From: Octopus bimaculoides
Lineage: Eukaryota
NCBI RefSeq assembly: GCF_001194135.2
Contig: NC_068982.1
Span: 149,016,105 to 149,080,104, forward strand
Direction: 5' to 3'
Length of the DNA: 64,000 nt
Positions 37,065 to 48,914 of this stretch are shown here, piece by piece. Position 1 is the stretch's first letter. Every line of letters starts with the position of its first letter. A program made the position numbers and the translations under genes. Under the pieces are notes generated by a model that searched no databases, had not been told where the DNA came from, and worked only from the letters and a program-made list of their open reading frames with translations.

Positions 37065-37475
37065 TTAACAGTAACTGCACGACAAGGTGAAGTATATTTT
37101 CCACTTAAATGCGGCTGAACCCTAAGGGTGGATGTTACTGTTGCTTTTAGCCCCAGGAGAACATCTCCAGCTGGCTTATCGACACACATCTGTATCCTGT
37201 CTGTATTTGCAAAGGGAAGTCATCCCTCCCATCTCGATCTGCAATACACACGGACTCGAGTTTCTGGGTATTTACCCGTCCTCAGTGTATGACATTCGCT
37301 GATCTTCGATGCGAAAGATGTCCCAATGCAAATACGTATATACTTTTTCAAGTGGAAATATTCACTGATCTCGAAAAAGTGAAAGCAAGCAATGTTAAAT
37401 CTCTGAACGAGGTATTAACAGTAACTGCACGACAACATGAAGTATATTTGCCACTTAAATGCGGCTGAACCCTAA
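37065..37475 (-). mobile_element. Retrozyme-like / Penelope pLTR-like unit: 350-nt period with 61-bp direct terminal repeats
   Basis: 37065-37125 matches 37415-37475 with 3 mismatches; contains a hammerhead; flanked by TAA-type repeats (left side across a 10-N gap). Confidence 0.75.
37247..37291 (-). ncRNA. Minimal type I hammerhead ribozyme
   Basis: CAUACA-CUGAGGA-C-GGGU-AAAU-ACCC-A-GAAAC-UCGA-GUC-CGUGUG; palindromic UCGA loop 3; predicted cut after the C at 37253. Confidence 0.8.
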
Positions 37476-37484
37476 TGATAATAA

Positions 37485-37945
37485 TAATTTGGAAACTATG
37501 TGAAAAGTGGAGTCTAGAGGGAGGTAAGATGTAGTATGAGCACAAACTATAGGGAGTGGTAGAGTTGGAGACCAGCAAGTTCCTCTGAGATTTTCCAATC
37601 TAAACTCATCAGGTGCTAGAGCACAAGCCAGACTAAGTGGTGGTGGACAAGACGCCCCACATGTGCTATATAGTTGATGGTGCATGCCGCTAACCTATGA
37701 ATAGTCAAGAAGGAAGGCACAAAAGCAAATATATACAATCCTCTTAGGTACAAAATAGCCAAGCTTTGAAAAATGAAGAAGGTGAAGATAGTGCCAATTA
37801 TTGTTGGGTCCTTGGGATAGTTTTGGAAGACATCAAGAGGAATTTAAAGGAAATTGGAATAGAGTGCCCAGTAAAACTGTTACAAAGGGTTTACCTCCTT
37901 GGCACAGCCAGAATATTTAGGAAAGTATTAGATAATAGAAAAGAA
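37485..37945 (+). mobile_element. R4/Dong LINE RLE-region fragments
   Basis: Reads WKLCEKWSL..YEHK..DFPI*THQVLEHKPD and LKEIGIECPVKLLQRVYLLGTARIFRKVLD. Confidence 0.75.
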
Positions 37946-37949
37946 TAAA

Positions 37950-38345
37950 TAGTAGGCGTAGGAGTGGCTGTGTGGTAAGTTGCTTGCTTACTAACCACAT
38001 GGTTCCGGGTTCAGTCCCACTGTGTGGCACCTTGGGTAAGTGTCTTTTTCTATAGCCTCAGGTCAACCAAAGCCTTGTGAGTGGATTTGGTAGATGGAAA
38101 CTGAAAGAAGCCCATCGTATATATGGATATATATATGTATGTGTATATGTTTGTGTGTCTGTGTTTGTCCCCCCAACATTGCTTGACAACCGATGCTGGT
38201 GTGTTTACGTCCCCGAACTTAGTGGTTCGGCAAAAGAGACCGAGAGAATAAGTACTAGGCTTACAAAGAATAAGTCCTGGGGTCGATTTTCTCGACTAAA
38301 GGCGGTGCTCCAGCATGGCCACAGTCAAATGACTGAAGCAAGTAT
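37950..38345 (+). mobile_element. Full-length tRNA-derived SINE family B (CORE-like; OR-type octopus SINE by recollection)
   Basis: A-box gtggctgtgtggt, B-box gggttcagtccc, caccttgggtaagtgtc core; tail gtgctccagcatggccacagtcaaatgactgaa. Confidence 0.85.
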
Positions 38346-38439
38346 GATACTGTAGGCTGCAGGTAGGAAGCCTGCTATGCATGCAAGACTCCAGGAGTTC
38401 CAATGAAACCTGAGTTACAAAGAAAAAAAATAATAATAA

Positions 38440-38600
38440 TAATTAACAACTGTCAGTCTCAACAGATGATAAATTATCTCTAAAAGAAATGTAAAGATTA
38501 TCCAAATATAAAGATATGGCAATAGAGCTAATCAGAATGTAGTGGCTAAAAGGAAAAACATTCCTGCGATAACAGGTGCTTTGGGAATGGTTAAAAAGTT
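38440..38600 (+). mobile_element. R4/Dong LINE 3' fragment
   Basis: Reads LSKYKDMAIELIRM..ITGALGMVKK; follows (taa)n. Confidence 0.7.
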
Positions 38601-40344
38601 ACTTTTGTATATTCAAGCACACTGAATAGCTGACATGTCTAAAACCAAAAAAAAAAAAAAAATAGCTGAAACAATTTTGTAAAATAACTTAACATCTGAT
38701 CAACTATGCAAAGCTTTAGCAGCAAAATAATTAAATATTACTCATTCTTCTTTTATTCCAATCTAAATCTATTGAGTTTGGAATAGGTAATGAAACAAAA
38801 TCACTAGTACAGGGCATGATAACTCTGCTTGACTTAAATCCTTGGCTCTGCTGGCTCCATCTGAAAGTGCATGATATGGGTCCCTGTTTAGGGTTACAGG
38901 GCTTCAGTTGTGGATAAATAGTCTAGCTACCCAGTGAGTCAATTGCTAAGGAGTAAACCTTATAAAAAAACTATGTGATCTGGTATTTCACTTGACAATA
39001 TTCCAACAACTCCTGCAGCCAAAGTGATGCCACTTTTCTGCACTTCGTTGAACCACATCAGTTGGGATGAAAAGGAGACAGTATTCTGATGTCTGGTTTA
39101 CCTAGGATCACCATACAACTAGCCCAAGCTTGAATCTTGAAGAAGTAACGTGAATATTACTGAGGAAAACATGTGCAACAGCTTGGGTGGAAATACAGAT
39201 GTAGCAAAAAGCATCGGGCCATAGAAAAATTTGCCTTAAAAACTTTTGTCTCAGGAAAATAACTGACATAGACCCAATGATGAGGATACTGCTAATAATA
39301 CATATTCATATATATATATATATATTAATATAAACAACTAGGCACAATATAATACCATAAAGGAAAAATATTATCGCCATTAAATGTGACTGAGGTTGCT
39401 AAAACACCTACATTGCTAGAAATAAGAGTTAAAGACTTTTAATGCTGTAAGAAGAGCACAATATATACAGTGACAGGGGAAATAACCATCCCAAGACCAT
39501 ATATAGCATATACATCTAAAACTACACTATTTTTCTAAAATATTACTGATAGTAATTCTGAGATATATATTGACTAGATTAAAACATTAACTTTACCATA
39601 GAGACAATGAGCAGGCATGTTTTATTTTGCATTCAAAAAATAGTTGTTTACAACGTCTTGGCTTCCTCTGCTGTGACATAATCTTTATTTTTGGTTCAAG
39701 GACATGGCCATTAAACAAATAACTACTAAGACTAGATCTTGCTAGATCTTTTCTCTTTTAACCTGTTCACTTTGGTTAATTCTACCAGCGGAGCTGTTTG
39801 GCTCATAAAGTTTTATAAATCTCCTTGCCATGAAAATATGACAATCTCTAAGAGAGTTTCTTTATATAGCCTCTTTTCAAAACGAAGAAGATGCAATCAC
39901 TTTTTTTTTAATAACTCATCAAAAAAAACAAAGTCTTACATCAATAATCCATTAAAATAAGCTCTTTGGATAGTTTATTGATATTAAGAATTCACTTGAA
40001 CACTTAAAATATTGATCTTCTTCAAATAACTCCTGTAAAACTATTATCTTTTGTGAATAACTATTTAAAACCTTTATAAAGAGATATTAAGAAAACAACA
40101 TGTAACTGCTTTGAAAATGAAATTTACTTCGTATTTATTTTTTCATCCATTTCTCTAAATTTGTATGGATGGGTGAGTTTTGTTGGAATAATTGTTTTAG
40201 AAACTCACTGCATTTCCTTCATAAGTAACCAGACAACCATGAAGTAGAGATTGCAACAAGGTTTAGGTGAATCAATCTAGCAAACTCTAAGCAAGTAGAG
40301 TTATGTACCTTGTTAACAAACACATCATAATTGTTGTCACAAAG

Positions 40345-40800
40345 GCAGTGAGCCAGCAGAATCATTAGCTCATCAAATAAAATGCTTAGTGGCATTTCTT
40401 CCAGCTCTTTACATTCTCAGATCAAATACAACTAAGGCTGGCTTTGTCTCTCATCTTCTTAGAGTTGACAAAATAAAATACACTGAAGTACTGGGCTCAG
40501 TGTAACCGACTGGTCCCCTTCCCTCTACAATTGCAGGCCTTGTGCCAAATAGGAAACAATTAGTCTAATACTCATTAATTAGTCTTATACTCATTAAGGT
40601 GGTAAGATGACAGAAATGTTTGTGAATTGGACAAAATGCTGAGCGGCATTTCTGTCAACTCTTTACATTCCGAGTTCAAATCCTGCCAAGGTCGACTTTG
40701 CCTTTCATTTCTTCAGGGTTGATAAAATAAAATACCAGTCATGTATTGAGATCAATGTTATTTACTTAGCCCCTGCATCTCCTAGTTCCAAAATTTGAAA
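40345..40800 (+). mobile_element. Two SINE family A copies
   Basis: aaggcagtgagccagcag.. head; second copy has gagttcaaatcctgccaaggtcgactttgcctttcat. Confidence 0.75.
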
Positions 40801-40909
40801 CCGTTATTCTTTTACTCATTTAATGATTTAGTTATTAGGCTGCAACCACACTGGGTTTTGTGTGTGTGTGTGTGTTCATGTCAACCCCAGTACACATTTC
40901 AGTTGAGTA

Positions 40910-40915
40910 TATCAA

Positions 40916-40948
<33 letters not shown>

Positions 40949-41420
40949 TTAATGTCCATTTTCCATGCCAGCATGGGTTGGATGGTTTGACCAGAGCTGG
41001 CAATCTGGAGAGCTGCACCAGACTCTAGTCTGGTTTGGTATGGTTTCTATGGCTGGATGCCCTTCCTAATGCCAACCACTTTACAGTGTACTGGGTGCTT
41101 TTACATAGCATCACATGGGTGCTTTTATGTGGCACTGCACAGGTGCTTTTATATAGCATTGCATGGGCACTATTATGCAGCACCCCAACAAGTGTTTTTC
41201 ATCCCCAGAGGGACCAGCCCTAACACTTCTGCTGCAGAGTACAGGTCTTCTTGAGTACAGTAAGACACCAGGCATCTCGGTCCTTTGACATCTCACCTGA
41301 AATTTTCAGTGTCCTGAAGTCCTTCTTCAGTACTTTATCTCATGTCTTCTTGAGTCTCCCACTTTCACATGTTCCATCTACTTTGAGAGATCAGCACTTC
41401 TTTATTTATCAATCTATAAT
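40910..41420 (-). mobile_element. RTE 3' end (UTR plus decayed ORF end)
   Basis: (cat)n, ttccatgccagcatgggttgg...ggatgcccttcctaatgcc, then a decayed RGRPKKTW-type segment. Confidence 0.8.
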
Positions 41421-42637
41421 TTGTCAAATGGCTTAGTTTCATTTATGGAAACAACACCATGTTTGGGTCGTTTAACCAGTGGAATTGTGTTGAACACACA
41501 CAAATTCATCGATCCATTTATCCATCCATCCATACATACATACATACAAGCAGACAGACAGACAGACATATATACACACATATATATAAAATGTAAAGAT
41601 GTATAATATGTATAGTAACAAAAGAAGCAGAACTCAATACCACTGAAATAGTGGACTATATTTAATATAAACTACAAGCATGGAATACTTACATACAGTA
41701 CTCAGAGTTTCCCAGCAGCTTCTATTTTATACCAAATATATATATACACACCCAAAAACACACACACATACATACATGTATGTATATCAATCAAATACCA
41801 CTGAGAGAGCATGTATTAATCCAAAGCTATAGTGTAAGACACTTGGCCAAAATACAGTGCAATGCATTTGAACCCAGAAACAGGTAGTTACTTAGTGTAT
41901 CTTTTAAGCATAGTCACACCTGCATATTTTAAGGATTAGATTCATGACCATGCATGCATGAATCAAAGAACAGTATTTATATCACTGTACAACTGCACAA
42001 AATCAGACACAATAACAAAATGGGCAGAATAATTCTAAGGAGATTGGAAAAAATATAAGAAATAACTGAGACTGATGTGAGAGTAGCTTCAAAGTCAAAG
42101 AGTAAATAAACATCAATGTACAGCAGTTGAACCCTTTGATCGTTCGATACTACCTGTTTTTATGGGCTTCCTTTCCTTTCTCTCTCACTCCCTCTCCTCT
42201 TTCTCTTCTCTCTCTCTTTTCTCTCACCTCTCCTCTCCCTCCTGCTCTCTCTCTCTATTCTCTCACCTCTCCTCTCTCTTTCTCTCTTTGTATTTGTGTG
42301 TGTGTATATATACATATATATGAACATGCATACATGCATGTAAATCGCTCTTCAAAACTATAAAGCCAGTTACTGTCTGTTTTTTTTTTTTTTTTTTCTG
42401 GTGAACTATACTACCTAAATTCATGAAACTCACCTCTAGATAGGAAATGGAATAGAAGAAGGTATTGCAATATTCAAATTTATTGAAATCCAAAAATAAA
42501 TTAGGTAATAATTCAAAAAAACATACAGAGCCTGAAACCCCCTATTCAAAACTAAATGGCAGGTTGAATAATGTTGCAAAAATGATGCAAAACAGGGAAA
42601 TTATGATATATTTCAATGATATTCTCATGCAATACAT

Positions 42638-43635
42638 TAACAATAGTGTGTTTGACCACCACCTTCCTAAATTACTTCAAAGACACACGATCTCAAGCTT
42701 CCTATAAATTTCTGCAGCAGATCAAGTGGAAGCTTTTCCCAGGCCTTCTTTATTTCTGTTTCAAATTCCCTAACAGATGAATACTGCTTGCCTTCACTGT
42801 ACACAACATTCGTGAGATATCCCCAGATATTCTCTACAGGATTAAGGCTGGAACTTCTTGCAGGACATGGCATGACTTCAACCCCAATTTCATGGAGGAA
42901 ATCCAAAGATGCCTTTGCTTTATGAATAGGAGCACTGTCTTGTTGAAATATGAAGTTCTTGCCATGGAGCCTTCTTCCCTTTTTGTCAATGTGAATCCTG
43001 TCCAACATATTGATGTATCGTGCAGCATTGAAATGGCCATCCATGAAGACAAGTGGCAGCTTTCCACAGGCAGATATTGTTCCCCACACTATAAGACCGC
43101 CTCCATTGTTCTGCCAATTGGAATAAGTAGAAATTTGTATACTGTTATTTGCCCAGTAATACTTAAAACTATTGTTGGGAGAGGGGGCCCCCATCAAAAT
43201 TTCATTTTTTCTCATCAAAGAACAGAACTCTGGGCCATACACCTTTCCACATCTGATGCTGTCAAGCAAACTCCAATTTAACAGCTTTGTGGAAAGGAGT
43301 CGATAACAGACACCCTAGCTGCTTCTCCAGGTGGAAACCATGGTTCAAAATCACTTTTCTTATGCTGGATGTCGAGACTTCTACTCCTGCTGATGCCTTG
43401 ATTTTGGAAATAGAAGAGCAATGTGACTTCTTCACAGCTCTGACAATGGCCCTTTCATCCTTTTCTGATGTAACCTTGGGACGTGCATCAGCACGAACAC
43501 TGTTGTAACTCTCAGGATTTTTCAGAAAATTGTCCACTAGCATTCTGCTTCACCGAATCTTCTTGGCATTCCTTCCCCTTTCAGTGCAAGAATCTTCCCT
43601 TGTTCAATTTCAGAAAACTTTGTAGCTTTAGGCAT
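42638..43635 (-). mobile_element. Tc1-family (Tc3-like) DD34E transposase pseudogene
   Basis: Starts MPKATKFSEIEQGKIL; DERAIVRA; KYYW; GGGLIVWG; FQQDSAPIH-(34 aa from D)-LNPVENIWG; at least two frameshifts and an internal stop. Confidence 0.92.
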
Positions 43636-43851
43636 ACTGGAAATATAATCTAGATCATGGAGAATACATCTGAGTCAAATATTTTCTGAAACAATCTGGA
43701 AAGGAATGAAAATGTATTAGGGGAGTCTGGAGTCTGGTGCTGCCCTTCGGCTTGCCAGCTCCTATCAAACCATCCAACCCATGCCAGCATTGAATATATA
43801 NNNNNNNNNNNNNNNNNNNNNNNNNNNNNNNNNNNNNNNNNNNNNNNNNNN

Positions 43852-43882
<31 letters not shown>

Positions 43883-45967
43883 ACATACCCACACTCATGT
43901 ATTCACAAATGCATATATAAGGAGCTGCTGAATAAGTTCTACATCCAATATACTTAATGACATGAATGACATTAGGAAAAGAATATTTTTTATTTATATC
44001 AGATTTATTTCACTGCCACCCTCAGCACCTTCGGGTTTAAATGTAAGTAATATATAGCTTATTATTTGAAAGGAATAAAGTCTTGTGTAGCAATGTTAGA
44101 AAACACAGAGAGATGAAAACATTGTACCTGTGAAACAGTAGTTGAAGTATGTGAGTTAAACTTTACCAGTGTAGGGTGTTCCCATGTGTAGCACCACACA
44201 TACATGAACGTTACACAATTACCTGTCTCTTAGGCAATTTCATCAAAGCCTGCTCTGCAGCAAGCATTTGGACCAGGTCTTTAGTTTGAGAATAACTTCA
44301 TTGATTTCACCAGAATCAGAGACTCTGGAAAATGGTTATATGGATGGCTTTTTCTTTTCTGACAAAAGTTTTTTTTAAATAATGACAGTTTCACTTCAGC
44401 AGCAGAGAGGTGGCTGAAGTAGATTCTAGCACTGAAGATGAAGCCTTGAATTTCAGACACAGTTTTAGCTGTTATATGTGTAAGACAGCTTCACAGATTG
44501 TATTTGTTGTGGCTTTTACTTGTGTGTTGTTTATGTGAGTAGAAGGTGGGATGTCAAACTGTTTTGTTGATAAATATAGCAACTGTATTTGTATTGTTGA
44601 AAGAGGCTAGGTTGACATGTCCTACTGAGGCTGATTTCAAGTTCACTGTTCACAGAGACAGTGTAAGAGTAATTTAAGGTGTCAAGGTTGTATATGGTTA
44701 ACAAGTGTTCATAGAAACTTAAATTAACTGAAGGGTGGTATCATATCTTAGGACAGATGGCATATTTAATCACCATTTTTGAGAATTCTGATATTGAACA
44801 TGTTGATTATTTAAGAAAAAAAACATTAATTTGGAAGCAGCTTCTATGGCTAGATGCAGACTGTGTAAGAGGGCTGTGATAGTCAAGTATTATTGCAAAA
44901 ATTAAATGAATACAATTGGCATTTAATATTTTCAGCTTGGCAGCAAAATTTTAAAAAAGTAAAATTAAATTAAGTGTTTTTCATGAAAATAATCAATTCT
45001 GCTTCTCATGATACCCTACGTATGGGCATAAACAAACAGAAATGAATGGAAAAGAAAATTCTGAAGGTCAGGTAGCTATAGAATTACAATTCTTATAAAA
45101 CTCAAGTAGATTATGCCAACATTCATTGATAGGCAGCCTTATATAGTTCTCTGAACGCCTCTAATAGTTTCTCTATATGTGAAAAATAAATGGTAGACAT
45201 TACCTAACAAAAGTTGGCCTTGGCAGGATTTGATTTCAGAAAATGAAGAAAAATTAAATTTATTGAAGTTTAAAAAGATATATATTACAGTGAGTTGATT
45301 TGTTATGAGGTGTGAACAAAAATCAATGTTATGGAGACTTAAGAGAAAGAATATAGAGACTAATATCATGGTCCCAGAAAAGTAAATGAGAAAAAAAAAA
45401 GAGGGAAATGGTTAATATAGAATGGTAAGTATGAGGAAAGAAAAGGAAAAATGAGAATGTGATTAGTGTGAGAGAGGTAAGAGTAGTTTTGGATATGAGC
45501 AATGGGGAAGAAAGTAAAACAAGATAGTTGAAATGGGAAGGAGATGGTGAAAGCCAGGTCAATTGAAATAAATGAGAAGTGAAAAGGCAAGACAGGAAGT
45601 CGATGCACAAAAGGTTATATACAGAATAATATAGACATGCAAATGAATATATTTGTGAGAGAGAGAGTGAAAGTAAAGAGACTGGGGAAAATAATAATGA
45701 ACTTTGAAGAGTAATATGAATTGTAAAAAAGCAATTAAATAGAAAAATTTAATTTTATTTAAGGAAGGACAGAAGACAAATGTAATGGTTCTAAGATGAG
45801 AGATAAGGAAAAGGAAGAAGGTTGAAATAATGAAAAGGGAAGGCTGAATGTACGTACTGCAAGAATGATATGTGTATAGTCTATATACAGTTGATATGTG
45901 TTGTGGATGTGCAAATTGTAAGCAACATATTAAGCAGAGCAGAATGCATAACTGAACACATATGCAT

Positions 45968-46004
<37 letters not shown>

Positions 46005-46014
46005 NNNNNNNNNN

Positions 46015-46270
46015 TTTCCATGCTGGCATGGGTTGGACGATTTGACTGAGGACTGGCGAACCAAATCGCTGCACCAGGCTCCAATCTGATCTGACAGAGT
46101 TTCTACAGCTGGATGCCCTTCCTAACGCCAACCACTCCAAGAGTGTAAGGGTGCTTTTACGTTCCACCGGCATGAGAGCCAATCAGGCAGTACTGGCAAC
46201 GGCCACGCTCAAAATGGTGTTTTTTACGTGCCACCTGCACAGGAGCCAGTCCAGTGACACTGGCAACGAA
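46015..46270 (-). mobile_element. RTE 3' UTR copy
   Basis: tttccatgctggcatgggttggacgatttgactgagg... Confidence 0.9.
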
Positions 46271-46512
46271 TGTTTTTTTCACGTGTTTTTGTTACTTTTT
46301 CCGTTTTTTGTTTTGTTACTTATATATATTATATATATATTTAAATATATAAGAGTGTATGAAATATTTTTATACACAAAGTGTAGCAATGTTAGAAAAC
46401 ACACAGAGATGAAAATTTAAGATTGAAAGGCCAGTTATAACCCAAACCACGAAAAAGAGGATTCATGAGGCATGCTGTTATAACACTAGAATGAACAAAA
46501 AATGAATTAGTT

Positions 46513-46584
46513 AATCCCAAACTCGAGTTTCGCTATTAATTGCCAAATTCACTGATTTGGAATCTGTAGCTCATCAGCGGAATC
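46513..46584 (-). ncRNA. Type I hammerhead ribozyme, complete core
   Basis: GAUUCCG-CUGAUGA-GCUA[CAGAUUCCAAAUCAGUGAAUUUGGCAAUUAA]UAGC-GAAAC-UCGA-GUU-UGGGAUU; stem I 7 bp, G10.1-C11.1 pair, palindromic loop 3. Confidence 0.88.
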
Positions 46585-47004
46585 GCTAATTAATGAATAA
46601 TTATGTAGTTGCAAATACGTACCAAAAATATGTGCACAAAACAGCTACATCTTTATACATTTAAGGATTCGAACTGAATGTGTCAGCATAAATATATAGT
46701 CCAGCAGTAAATAAAGAAATTTAAATCTGTGTCTCATATAGCCTCAGAATTAAATATTACTATCATAAATATGAGGTTAATAAATTATTTTAATTCATTA
46801 CCTTCATATTTACGACATATATATATATATATATTAATATTTAGCAGAAGTAACAGAGTGACTCAAGGTCTGAGAGTTTCATGCATTGGCATTGATCAAA
46901 CTAGTTACAGGCTTAAGGTCTGTGCCTTTATATAGCTGTTGATGTATGTGTCTGTCTGCCTGTCTGTGTGTGTGTGTCTGTGTGCATGTGCTTGTATGTG
47001 TATA

Positions 47005-47877
47005 CAGGGTGCTGTGAATAAACTGTTGTCGAAATTAAGCAAAAATGGAAATAACACTGACATCTCATTTTAACAGATATTTTTACTAAAATTACATAAA
47101 AATATCTTGAAATACTAAAGAGCAAATTTATTCAATAAAATCGCCATCAGCTTCAACCACGGCCTCCAGACAACTTCGGAATCTCCTGCAACTTTTCTGG
47201 ATGGTCTCTTTGTTTAAGCTGGTGAATGCTGCCATAATCCTTGCTTTCAGTTCATCTTTGGTGTTATGAGGAGCTTTGTTGGTCTCTCACTCAACTGCAC
47301 CCCACACTTAACAATCAAGAGGGTTGCAGTCTGGAGAGTTAGGTGGCCAAATGTTAGGAGTGATGTGGTCACAGAAATTGTTTGACAGCCACAACTGGGT
47401 TCTCCTGCTTGTATGTCATGGTACAGAGTCCTCTAACGAGATGTAGGGTCTTCCAGCGGCCACCCTCTTGACCTAGGGCAGCACTACCTTCTCCAGGCAC
47501 TTGATGTAGGCCTCCTTGTTGAGTCTGAGGCCATTTGAGAAGATGAATGGAGGCATACCGTCGCCATCACTAGTGATCACTCTAAACACCATGATGTAGA
47601 CTGGATGTTTGATTTTCATCATTCTCAGTATATCTCCTCAGATTGACACCCAAACACTCTGAAATGATTGTATTGGAGCTATCCACATGAATGCCAAGCA
47701 GTACAGCATGTCATTTCTAAATCTCTGGCAGAGTGAATTACGTCATGCTGTGGTTTTTCTCACAGACAATGTCCAACTTACTCTACTATACTGTGTAGTC
47801 GACAAAATCAAAAACAAAGAATGTGCATGCATGAAATTAAAAATATAAAATGGCGACAATTTACCCATTGCACCCTG
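47005..47877 (-). mobile_element. Second copy of the internally deleted maT element
   Basis: TA|CAGGGTGCTGTGAATAAA...CCCATTGCACCCTG; colinear with 6299-7187. Confidence 0.9.
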
Positions 47878-48049
47878 GATGTATGTATGTGTGTATGTAT
47901 GTATGTATGTGAAGGCACGTGGCCTAATGATAAGGCTGTTGCACACATGATTGCTAGATCGTGGGTCAGATTCCCAGACTGGATCTTGCAGGCATAGCTG
48001 TATTTGATGCCTGCATACATAAACACAAACCACAACTATTCAGCCACTA

Positions 48050-48867
48050 GACTACATAGAAACAAATCCTGTTCCCTCTGCCATTTGACAGATTGAATTT
48101 AGAGAACTTTATTTTGGGACTATCGCTAGATGTGTTTATTCAGCCATGCCAGCATTGATTTTTGAAGCAAAAAAAACATTGTCAGAAATTAATGCACAGA
48201 CATAGTGGGGAACCTACAAAAATTTCTAAGATTACTACTAATCATGAGATCTTCCTCTTCTACATTTGACAGATAAAATTCAGACAGCTGTGTGCCACTG
48301 TACATGTTCACTCAACCATGACAGCTTTAATTAACAATGCTAAACATATTGAACATATTGTCATATGAAATTAAGAAGAGACATAGCAGAGAACTTATGG
48401 AAAGTTCTAAAACCTGACCACGTGATCGTCCTTGACCAATCAAAATGTATCCAAAACAGATGACCCATGTTCTCTAGATAAAAACAAGGCAATTTTTGAA
48501 TTCCAATTAGAAGCGAGGCAGTTGCAGCATAGTTCCAAGTCTTTCTATCACAACTTTTGAAAATCAGAGAAATCTGTGAAACTGATTAAGTGTTTAAAAA
48601 ATTTTTTATAAAAAAAATGAATCTCAGTGCATTTTCAACTTTTGAATGTGGCCAATGTCTGTACCCCCTGACTGGCTCCTGTGGTGGTGGCATGTAAAAA
48701 GCACTTACTACACTCTTGAAGTGTTTGGCATTAGGAAGAGCATCCAGCTGTAGAAACCTTGCCAGATCAGATTGGAGCCTGGTGCAACCTCCCAGCTTGC
48801 TAGTCCTGAGTCAAACCGTCCAACCCATGTCAACATGAAAAGCGGACGTTAAACGATGATGATGATG

Positions 48868-48914
<47 letters not shown>

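Noticed and set aside
37293-37328. Plus-strand CUGAUCU...GAAAGAUGUC as a second, opposite-polarity ribozyme in the retrozyme-like unit
   Set aside because: G8 and A9 are absent, there is no stem II, and stem III is mismatched; an ambisense viroid-like design is not supported.
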